Positions 39,761-50,642 of a DNA stretch of 64,000 nt are shown piece by piece; the stretch's first letter is position 1, and each line of letters opens with the position of its first letter. Origin of the DNA: Macrostomum lignano (taxonomy: Eukaryota); assembly GCA_002269645.1 (NCBI GenBank), contig NIVC01001967.1:62001-126000 (forward strand), given 5' to 3'. The notes under the pieces were generated by a model, which worked only from the letters and a program-made list of their open reading frames with translations, did not search any database and was not told the DNA's origin. The position numbers were made by a program, and so were the translations under genes.

Positions 39761-41290
39761 GATTTAGGCACTTTTAATAGCAGAGCTAGCAAGTTTAAAA
39801 CATGAAAATACAGAGTACAAATCATTATAAAAGAGCTGACACTGAGGGTTTAAAATTCCTAACTCAATTGCTAATTTATTTATAGTTGCTAACTGACAAC
39901 TGTCCATCTGCAAACTCCAAACTAAACTAGTGGTTTGCTATAATTACAGCTACAGAATACCACTAATCATAGCAACTATACTGCTCATACAGCAAAAATA
40001 TGGTAATTTGAAGTTGTAGTTAAATTGTTCCATAGATTTCCATAGTTTTAGTTTAGTTTGCAAAAGCTGCTACAACACTGAACCCTCAAAATCATTGACA
40101 CCCAAAAACAAGAATTCAAGTTGAACATCCTGGGAACTAAGAACATTAAGCCCATCAAAGGCCATAAGCTATGGCTATCAAACCAAGCTAAAATATTTAA
40201 TTAAGTAGGGAATAGAGAATAGAGCCAGAAAACAATGTCACCTATCAATATTATAAGTTTAGAATGAGCTACTAGTGATAAGATAACAAAGAGAGATAGG
40301 ACAAAAAATGAACAAAATCAATTTGATTTGAATATTTGACAGAACCAATTCAAATACCAAATAATATTGAATATGAATACTTCAGCCAATAATATTCCTA
40401 CCTCACTACTACTCATTAATCACTTGTCAGTAGTGCAAATTGATGGTTAAATAAATTCATTCTATATAAATTACTATCAAAATGATTATAAATGTAAAAT
40501 GACTTTCATTCTTCCATTTGTAAGTAGAATATACTTAGAGGAATGGTGATGAAAAAATTAAGTACTATAAGTGCTACTAGTTTGGACAGTTTTGGTTATA
40601 TCAGTTGCTTAGTACCTATTACTAAAACCTACCCAAAAGTACAATAATAATTTTCTTGTCTAGTGCAATAATCCTTTCTTATATAGTACAATAATCCCTC
40701 TCTAAGCTAGTGCAATAATCTATGTTTTAGCTAGTACAATAATCCCTTTTCAGCCAATGTAATAATCCTTTTATTATCTAATATAACCATCTTTTAGTCA
40801 TCAAGTGCAATGACCATTTTTATCTGTTGCAATAATCCTTGTCTTTAATAAATTCTTTAATAAAACCTTTTAATAAAAAAGTTAGACTATTAAAATTTGA
40901 ACCAAGGTTCCTGCGATAGCAGTTCAATTCGTTCATATCTAGGCTAGCTCCTATTGAACTTATAAAATGAATAGTCACACTTATAATTAAACATTCTTAT
41001 TATGTTGGTTGCAGTAAAAGTCATAGGAAGAAGTTATGATATACTCACTTTTTTAAGCAATTTAGTATCAGACTCAATTATAATAAACAATACAGTTACA
41101 TAATCTAGATCAATTTTAGTGGTTCCATGCTTCTATATTATGTTTTTAATACTGTGATATAATTTAATTCAATGTCAATATTTAGCCAATATTGAGACAA
41201 TAAATAAAAAGCCTAGTGTAGTACTATCTTTAACAGAATCAGAATTCAGCTAGTTAGTTTTTATTTTGCATTTTTATAATGCATTTCAAG

Positions 41291-41462
41291 CATACATGCG
41301 CAACCTTGGGAATCACTTGGCCGTTTCTATTGGCAACACACACATATAAGTCGCTATTGGCTGAGAACACTCACGTGACTACTATTCCGTCCAATAGCGA
41401 CTTACATGTCTATGTTGCCAATAGAAACGGCCAGGTGAATCCCTAGGTTGCGCCCAAGCATG
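41291..41462. mobile_element. hAT-type palindromic MITE (172 bp)
   Basis: Starts CATACATGCGCAAC; about 63-bp near-perfect inverted arms (41298-41363 vs 41391-41453); perfect 8-bp TSD ATTTCAAG. Confidence 0.88.
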
Positions 41463-41655
41463 ATTTCAAGTCAAAAAGTTTGCTTGACTTTTGCAAAAAG
41501 CATTATTTTTTAAATAAGTAATCAAATTGGCATTGAGAAATTTCTTAGCCAAGCTAAGACACATAAACCATTGGAAATTTTTTGATTAAATAGGGCCTAT
41601 TGCAAGTTTAAAGAAAATTGGTTATTCCAGTTTTGCTAAAATCAATCATATACTA

Positions 41656-41686
<31 letters not shown>

Positions 41687-41816
41687 CTGACAAAGCATTT
41701 TTAGTATAAGGATATAATATAATATAGATCTATTCATATGTAGCAAAATGCCATATCTATAAATTAAGTTAATAATAGTTTTTATATAAATGACAAATTG
41801 ACCAAAAATTTTTAAG

Positions 41817-42238
41817 GAAGTGCTTATCCCCACAGTCCTATGCCAATAATTCCAATTTTAACCACACAGATCTGCATTGATAATTTCTAGCTTATCCTCA
41901 TGGCAGCTTATTGAAATAGCTACTACCATTTAAGTCTATGGGCCACGTCAATAATTCTAATTTTATCTACATGGATCAATGTTAATAATTTTCAGCTTAT
42001 TAGAATAGAGAACCTTAAAGGAATCTGTTTAAAATTGTATTTTTGTTCACACTGTTTTACAAATCTTCCAAATAAACTATTGAATACTAAATAGTATTGA
42101 GTAACTTTGTTAAAACTTTTTTATTATTAAAACTTAAAAGGGTTAATTTTAAATAGTTGCTTAGCTGCTAGCTTTGCTTAGAATGACCAAACAACCCTAA
42201 GATTGAGGCAAATAAGACTTGCAAAATTCAAAATGTAA

Positions 42239-42269
<31 letters not shown>

Positions 42270-42526
42270 GACAATATCAACTTAACATTAGTAGGCCTAC
42301 ATAAAACTAAACACAAACAACTGCACAATCTTAGCCATGGGGATAAGCTGAAAATTATTGACATGGATTCATGTGGATAAAATTGGAATTATTGACATGG
42401 CCTATAGACTTGAATAGTAGCAGCTATTTAAATAGGCTGCCATGAGGATAAGCTAGAAATTATCAACATAGATCTGTATGGATAAAATTGGAATTATCAA
42501 CATAGGATCATAGGGATAAGCACTTC
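41817..42526. mobile_element. Degenerate foldback/MITE-like element with about 185-bp inverted arms
   Basis: 41817-42000 is visibly the reverse complement of about 42340-42526 (GAAGTGCTTATCCC...GGGATAAGCACTTC) with scattered substitutions; no clean TSD found. Confidence 0.7.
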
Positions 42527-45480
42527 TTTTTTTAAAGCTTGCCAATTAATTAGGCCTAGTTAGATATCAGATTCAAAGTATCTTATCTTCAAAATAGGTA
42601 GGCCTCTAACTACCTAACAAAAGTGTAAGATAACAAAGTGTTTAGGAAATATATATCTAACAAGCTACTAGAAATTTTATGGATCCAAAAATGACTAAAA
42701 TTAGACCTGAAAACTGTAAAAAAGATAGGTTTTACTGATTTAGCATATCCATACAAAATACAAAAATTTATTTGAGCTTAGATCAAATAAAAGTAATACT
42801 ACTAGTATATAGTAGGCCTATTAATAACAGATATAGGCCGACAGATTCCAGGTTATTTTGTCTAATGACTTTTCGTCTAATGCCATATTGCTTAAGAGTT
42901 TTTTTCAGAGTTGTTTCATCTAACAGAAATGTGAAACAACTAGGAAGCAAGATAATGATTATTATGTGATGGAGAAGTAAGTTTACAGGCTATTCATCAG
43001 TGAGATATGATATATTAATGTATGCCTCCTTTTAACTTGTCCGACTTGGAATATTCTGACCATTATTCCAAGTTCTAACTTGTAATATGGGCATTCCTTC
43101 GTCTTACGATGCCTGCTATGCATTTCAATAGGATGGCCCCCATTTGTTTTACGATGCCTATAGAGAGCATATGGCATAGGCGTGATAGTGTAGTTTCTGT
43201 ATAATTTTCATTTTATGGCTATACATGTATTTTGTATTTCATATACTTGATGGATTATTGTTTATAAATGAAAGTCAAGCTATATATTCCATTTCGTTTT
43301 ACAATGCATTTGGTATAATTCAGTCTATTATTATAGGCATCGCAAAACGAAAGTGAGGGGGGGTTACTTTGGGTCCTTAAATTGGTTTACCACTTTTGTC
43401 TCCTCTTCTTTGGAGCAATTTTGGGAGTCTGTTGAACTTAGGCCTACTTGACTATTCTTTTCAAGCATTACAAATTGACTTCTGTGTTGCTTAATATTTA
43501 CTAGCTAGCTATAATATCTGTTTCATTTCGCGATGCCCCAGACATTGTAATTATTCATAAGGCATCGTAAAACGAAATGGTTTATAATGGCGCAATAGCT
43601 TCAGTTGCTAATGAGGGCGGCACAATGTTAAAGTGCGTGAGTCATGACATTTCTGTGGAAATACAGCCAGAAGTACAAACCAACTGTGTGGCTGAATTTA
43701 AGACCTCTGAAACACTGCACTCTTCCGTCGTAAAGTATACATTTTTAAAGCCTTCTTGCTTATTTAACATGGGCATCATAAGACAAAACAGATACTTTTT
43801 TGGGCATTGTAAGACGAAAGAATGCCATAATATGGTTAAATTATGAGTTGGAATATAATGGTTGGAATATTCTGATTGATTATTAAATACATTGCAAGGG
43901 TCTAAATATCATTCCAACTCTAATTTCAACTGGTGGTTATTTAGTACATTGCAAGAGTCTAAATGCCATTCCAACTCTTAATTCTGGCTGATTAGGCCTA
44001 TTTAATACGTTGCAAGAGTCTAAATATCATTCCAACCTAATTCACGTATGAAACATTCGCCGACACTTATTCAGACACTTCTACAGACACTTTAGTTTCT
44101 GTTGTACGGTTAGGAACAAGCATTAAATTTGTCTAGAACACTTCCTAATTCATATTTAATGAAATAAAGCAGTCCATGCATAGTTTTAATTTCGCAATTT
44201 TGTTTTTGTGCACTCGTTCCAGACTTTCAAATTATGGCTTTTATCGCGTAGTGTGCACATGCATCGTGTACAACGATTAGCTGCAGCGTGCTAAATAGTT
44301 CAATGAGGTATTAAAAGCGTACAAGGAGACGAACCTCAAGTATTTGTACATTTTAGTTGAAGTTAAAAGTTCAAGCTTTTAGTGAATCATTGGAAAATAA
44401 AACTATCCGTTTTAAATCGTGCAACATATTGTTTTGTCTCGGACATTTGTGACACTGTCACTTAGGGTTGCAAGGTTTTTTAAAAGAGAAACTGTTGCTT
44501 TTCCAATGCTGAAGTATTTGTGTTGTATGGATCAGGGTTTTTCGTCAAAATTTGGATGCATGTATACATCTAAACATGTATATGCAGATGGAAATATAAT
44601 AATCAAGATGCCATATATGTATATTTGCCAACATTTTCAGATTTTGTATAAAAATGATCAAGGTTGAAGATTACCCTATGGTATAACTGTTTTCTCCATT
44701 TTACTATTTCAAAGTGCCCACGTGAAGTTAGATTTAGCATGCCAGCCTTAAAAAATAAAAGAATCTACATAGTGTAGAATTGTATACTCTTTTATTTAAG
44801 GCTATATTATATTCCCAATATATTTGCTTAGATAAATCGAAAAGTATTTACTTTACTTGAAAAAAATAATGTTCACTACAAATATTTCTATGTAGAAACC
44901 AGGAAACATAAGCCTATCAAGTGTTATATAGAAATAAAGGATAAAGATATGGATAGAATATAATAAAGCCATTGTGGGCATTAAATATAAAACAAAAGAA
45001 TCATTTAAGGCAAAATTTGACAAAAAAGTGAATTTTTGGCATGCTCCAAGAAAAGAGGCTTATAATTTGAAATATTTTTGCTTTTGTTTGACAAAAAATA
45101 TGTATAGATTTATACTTTTGGGCAAGGTTTATTTTCCCTTAAAATTCTAATTGTAAATTTGCCAGTAAGCTTAAATATTGTTGTAAGTTGAAGCTCAAAT
45201 AAAATTAGTCTTAACTCCAATCTGACTTTCCAAAGTAAATCCTTAAATTATTTGTTACAATTGCTTTTAAAAACTTGCCATTTCATTCATTCATCAATCA
45301 AAATTTTGTTCTAGAAACTGATACCTATAGAAGGTTTATAGTTTTTAAGAAATCTGGTAACTAATGTCAGAGAAATATGTTTATGTAGGTTTTATATATA
45401 TCAACCTTATATATAAAAAAGGTTGCACACTGAGATTTAAATACAGCTTCTAACATGTGTGTCCAGAGGTGAGATTGTGG

Positions 45481-45893
45481 CCAACTGCACACCAATAGCA
45501 TACCAACTCTATACCAACTCCATACCAACTGCATACCAACTCCATACCAACATGCCAACTGCATACCAACTACATACCAACTGCATGCCAACTGCATACC
45601 AACTATATACCAACACCATACCAACTCCATACCAACTGCATACCAACTCCATACCAACATGCCAACTGCATACCAACACCATACCAACTCCATACCAACT
45701 GCATACCAACTCCATACCAACATGCCAACTGCATACCAACACCATACCAACTCCATACCAACTCCATACCAACATGCCAACTGCATACCAACACCATACC
45801 AACTCCATACCAACTGCATACCAACTCCATACCAACATTCCAACTGCATACCAACTCCATACCAACATACCAACTACATACCAACATGCCAAC
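45481..45893. repeat. CCAAC-core 8/11-bp tandem array in the left arm
   Basis: Units CCAACTGCATA, CCAACTCCATA, CCAACACCATA, CCAACATG. Confidence 0.95.
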
Positions 45894-45963
45894 TTATATT
45901 ATGCCACACTAAACGAAAACATGGCAAATTCATACCATTGTTTCATGTTTCAGGCTTCTTTGC

Positions 45964-46584
45964 ATGGCAGCGAAGATAAGTGTGAACGACACTTCTGAAG
46001 CCATTAGCGGTGACCAGTCAGGTGCTGCTGGTGCACAAGTTTTCTCTGCTGGAGGTGTTTTTGTGGAATCATGCATATCAACTAATCTCTTCGTGAATCA
46101 CTTTGATACAAGAACTTGTAAACTTAAGCCTTCTTGGTTCGATGAAGTCATTTATCCACTGTTAAGACAGCATGGTGAGTATTGTCAGTTCTCAGTTAAT
46201 AAGGTTAGACTGCGTGCATTTAAGCGCCATCGGAAGGCCTGCAGTTTTCTTTGGATGCGCCTAGTCTGTGCCGAAGGCTCTGGTTGCAGTATGGCATTCG
46301 TCGTCACCTTAAACAAGGCGCCGACTGATGGGCAGTCCTCTACACTGACGCTACGAAGAATCTCAGAGCACTCGGGGCATGATGTTCCATCAAGTTGTTC
46401 CTCTTATCGCTATCTGTGGCAACGAGGTTCACAAGAGTGCCGTAACTTTGTTTTATCTCAGGCCACCAACCCTGCTGCCAAGCCAACGCAGATCTATGTG
46501 AAAGCAATCGAGCTGTTTGGTAGCGAAGCACGCTCTCTATCTGCTGTCCGTACAACTATAATAAATAGTTGGATAGTAGGATAG
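45964..46584 (+). CDS. Truncated inverted copy of the transposase N-terminus (198 identical aa + 8 new aa)
   Basis: Translation matches ORF 48047-49831 through ...SAVRTT, then IINSWIVG*. It keeps the C102-x5-C108-x27-H136-x2-H139 zinc finger but none of the catalytic motifs. Expression is unknown. Confidence 0.6.
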   Translation: MAAKISVNDTSEAISGDQSGAAGAQVFSAGGVFVESCISTNLFVNHFDTRTCKLKPSWFDEVIYPLLRQHGEYCQFSVNKVRLRAFKRHRKACSFLWMRLVCAEGSGCSMAFVVTLNKAPTDGQSSTLTLRRISEHSGHDVPSSCSSYRYLWQRGSQECRNFVLSQATNPAAKPTQIYVKAIELFGSEARSLSAVRTTIINSWIVG

Positions 46585-47335
46585 AATATAATAAAGCCAT
46601 TGTGGGCATTAAATATAAAACAAAAGAATCATTTAAGGCAAAATTTGACAAAAAAGTGAATTTTTGGCATGCTCCAAGAAAAGAGGCTTATAATTTGAAA
46701 TATTTTTGCTTTTGTTTGACAAAAAATATGTATAGATTTATACTTTTGGGCAAGGTCTATTTTCTCTTAAAGTTCTAATTGTAAATTTGCCAGTAACAGA
46801 ATGTCTTTGCCTGTCATTAGGCAGTTAAGGAACAGCGCAAGTGGTGAATCTGCATCACACGATAGTGCGCTCGTTAATGTTGCAACCAAGCATTGACTGG
46901 CGGCATTGAAAGCACAATACGTGCCCGTCGGATTCGGTAGCCCCTCTGGCGACCGTGGCGATAGTGCAGGAAATGACACCGCAGTATCGGCGCGTCCTAA
47001 TAAAATTGGCGGTTAGGAACGAATTTACCATCAAAATGTCCCAGTGAACAGCCCAGTCACATCCATTTAACAACAAAAAATGGCGCCTCGACGTAAGCAA
47101 AAGAAACGAAACTTAAAAGTACAAATACTTATGGAAAGCAACATGTTGAATGCTAATTCATGGAAATTAGTAAAACTTAAAAGGGCATAATCGGTGACAC
47201 GAAAAGCAAAAAAATGATAGAATCATAAACTTTAGATCTCTAATCAGAGAACAATCACGCAACAGAAACGTGCATCATACGGAACATGTTGGATTGTGCA
47301 ATATAAATACCTGTGCCAGTCGAGACGGAGGAGGC

Positions 47336-49831
47336 CTACAAAGAGAGTTGATTTATAAGGTTGCACCTTACCCACAAGTTGCTGAGACATGGCACATACA
47401 TTACTACGACAGATCTAGTGGGAGACGCAAATTGTGGCGGAGTGAGTGTACGGCGCATACACAATACGTAAACCAATACAAGGGTTGACTGAAGGTATTT
47501 ATAAACTGAAAAAAATGCAATTTCATCACTCACAATTTGCTCATCTGGTAGGCTGTGACAGGTGGTATTCTGTGCTGTTGGTGCAGGTGAAATGACCGAG
47601 CGAGACCCACTTGCAGCAGGCGCAGCTAGAGTACAGGTCGTGGGTGCAATAGCAGGCCGAACCTGGACAATGACGGGCTGGCTGCCCGAGCGAGACCCAC
47701 TTGCAGCAGGCGCAGCTAGAGTACAGGTCGTGGGTGCAATAGCAGGCCGAACCTGGACAATGACGGGCTGGCTGCCCGAGCGAGACCCACTTGCAGCAGG
47801 CGCAGCTAGAGTACAGGTCGTGGGTGCAACGGCTGGCGGAATTGATAATGCCGATTGAATGAAGCTGGTTCTTCGTCTTTTTGAGGCTCCTGACCTATTC
47901 CAGGGATCTCCAGGTGGGTTTAACGGAGCATCAAAGCCACATTTGCGTCCTCTAGCACGCTTCGGGGGGCGAATTGGATGTTGCTCGTGCTGCAACCGCT
48001 TCAGTTGCAGTTTTACGGTTGTTAGTTGCGCACGGACAAATCTTGGTCACCTGAGCCGAGAACTTGGAGAAGGCAGTGCTTCGCTTTTGCACCAGCTGAA
48101 CCATGATTCAACAGCGGCGTTGGTCACGTGTGCGCTACGATTTCCTCCAAACACTGCCACACTCCAAAGAGGAAACAGTGGCATCCACTTTCGCAATACA
48201 ACCTGAACAGCCTGAGGGTAGAAAAGATTGTTCAGCACGCCATTGCCATCGCTTGCTGTCACTTCACTTGTCAAATCGTTGAAGTACTTCGCAAAAGGTG
48301 ATGAGGCTCGTAGTCCAGTCTCCAATTCAGCCAATGCGACGTCTTCTTGCACTGCATTTGAGACATTAGCAGAATCTTCAGCCACTTGGTTTTCATCAGG
48401 AATCTCCAACGAACTGAAGTCGAACCTACCATGTAGAATTTGTAAAGCCTTCAAAGTGGCAGGACCTACCCGCCTGGAGGTAAACACCTCGACCATTGCC
48501 TTCCAAACAGCTTGGGCGCAACGCAAAGTTTTCGACGTCACTAATAGTGCAAAAGAGAGCATGAACTCGCGATAAGTAACCTTATCGATTTTATCTGATG
48601 ACTTCAAAGTCCTGGCAACAGCGCGCAGCAAATGCGAGCTACAGATAAACACAACAGGAGATTCAGGTGGCTTCAGATCAGCACTCCGAAGTCGATTGTA
48701 CTGTACACGCAGGTAGTCTGTAACACAGGTCGTACATGCGGCTCGGAGAATACCATGAATGAAAACCCAGCTAAAGTCAGACACGTAGATTTGCGGACCT
48801 TTCTTGGGTAGTTCCCACAGTCCTATGTTGCAGTGACGAGCGAAATCTGCTAAAAAATGCATTAGCCAACTGGACACATTTTCCGAGCGCGTGACCTCCA
48901 TGATGCTTTCTGATACAGCTGTTCTCTTTATATCCGGGGTTGCAACAACAGCACTGCACAGAAGTACAGTGCTCGGCACGTTCTGGGTCTGTCGCACAAT
49001 TCCGCCGGTGGCGTCTAAGTGGAGAGGAGCAAGCTGATTGCCTTTCAGCACGTCGCGAAGCAAATCCAACTGCATGGAGGCACGGAGAATCACACCAACT
49101 GGTGCAACGTCAATCTTTTGGATATAGCCGCTAATGACTCCATCCTCGTTTATAGTCAACTTCCAGTCTTTCATTTGGAGTCTTAAATCTCTTATGTCGT
49201 CTGGAGACTTGTCGTCGGCAGCTTTTGTCCGACTAACAGTTGTACGGACAGCAGATAGAGAGCGTGCTTCGCTACCAAACAGCTCGATTGCTTTCACATA
49301 GATCTGCGTTGGCTTGGCAGCAGGGTTGGTGGCCTGAGATAAAACAAAGTTACGGCACTCTTGTGAACCTCGTTGCCACAGATAGCGATAAGAGGAACAA
49401 CTTGATGGAACATCATGCCCCGAGTGCTCTGAGATTCTTCGTAGCGTCAGTGTAGAGGACTGCCCATCAGTCGGCGCCTTGTTTAAGGTGACGACGAATG
49501 CCATACTGCAACCAGAGCCTTCGGCACAGACTAGGCGCATCCAAAGAAAACTGCAGGCCTTCCGATGGCGCTTAAATGCACGCAGTCTAACCTTATTAAC
49601 TGAGAACTGACAATACTCACCATGCTGTCTTAACAGTGGATAAATGACTTCATCGAACCAAGAAGGCTTAAGTTTACAAGTTCTTGTATCAAAGTGATTC
49701 ACGAAGAGATTAGTTGATATGCATGATTCCACAAAAACACCTCCAGCAGAGAAAACTTGTGCACCAGCAGCACCTGACTGGTCACCGCTAATGGCTTCAG
49801 AAGTGTCGTTCACACTTATCTTCGCTGCCAT
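47336..49831 (-). CDS. Mutator/NOF-like DDE transposase, 831 codons, interrupted by one in-frame TGA at 48047-48049
   Basis: N-terminal C-x5-C-x27-H-x2-H finger; LHLDATGG (D1), VSDFSW (D2), ICSSH (CxxH), TNAAVESWF (E). The frame stays open after the TGA (PRFVRAQL...) and joins ORF 47336-47995. Family assignment is from recalled motifs. Confidence 0.85.
47596..47829. repeat. 90-bp tandem repeat (2.6 copies) inside the transposase C-terminal frame
   Basis: Period 90 (47596, 47686, 47776), encoding APTTCTLAAPAASGSRSGSQPVIVQVRPAI. Confidence 0.92.
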
Positions 49832-49901
49832 GCAAAGAAGCCTGAAACATGAAACAATGGTATGAATTTGCCATGTTTTCGTTTAGTGTGGCATAATATA
49901 A

Positions 49902-50642
49902 GTTGGCATGTTGGTATGTAGTTGGTATGTTGGTATGGAGTTGGTATGCAGTTGGAATGTTGGTATGGAGTTGGTATGCAGTTGGTATGGAGTTGGTATG
50001 GTGTTGGTATGCAGTTGGCATGTTGGTATGGAGTTGGTATGGAGTTGGTATGGTGTTGGTATGCAGTTGGCATGTTGGTATGGAGTTGGTATGCAGTTGG
50101 TATGGAGTTGGTATGGTGTTGGTATGCAGTTGGCATGTTGGTATGGAGTTGGTATGCAGTTGGTATGGAGTTGGTATGGTGTTGGTATGCAGTTGGCATG
50201 TTGGTATGAAGTTGGTATGCAGTTGGCATGTTGGTATGGAGTTGGTATGCAGTTGGCATGTTGGTATGGAGTTGGTATGGAGTTGGTATGGTGTTGGTAT
50301 GCAGTTGGCATGTTGGTATGGAGTTGGTATGGTGTTGGTATGCAGTTGGCATGTTGGTATGGAGTTGGTATGCAGTTGGCATATAGTTGGTATGGAGTTG
50401 GTATGCAGTTGGCATGTTGGTATGGAGTTGGTATGCAGTTGGTATACAGTTGGCATGTTGGAATATAGTTCGTATGGAGTTGGTATGCAGTTGGTATACA
50501 GTTGGCATATTGGTATATAGTTGGTATGCAGTTGGCATGCAGTTGGTATGTAGTTGGTATGCAGTTGGCATGTTGGTATGGAGTTGGTATGCAGTTGGTA
50601 TGGAGTTGGTATAGAGTTGGTATGCTATTGGTGTGCAGTTGG
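49902..50642. repeat. GTTGG-core tandem array in the right arm (328 bp longer than its left counterpart)
   Basis: Reverse complement of the 45481-45893 array; 741 bp vs 413 bp. Confidence 0.95.
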
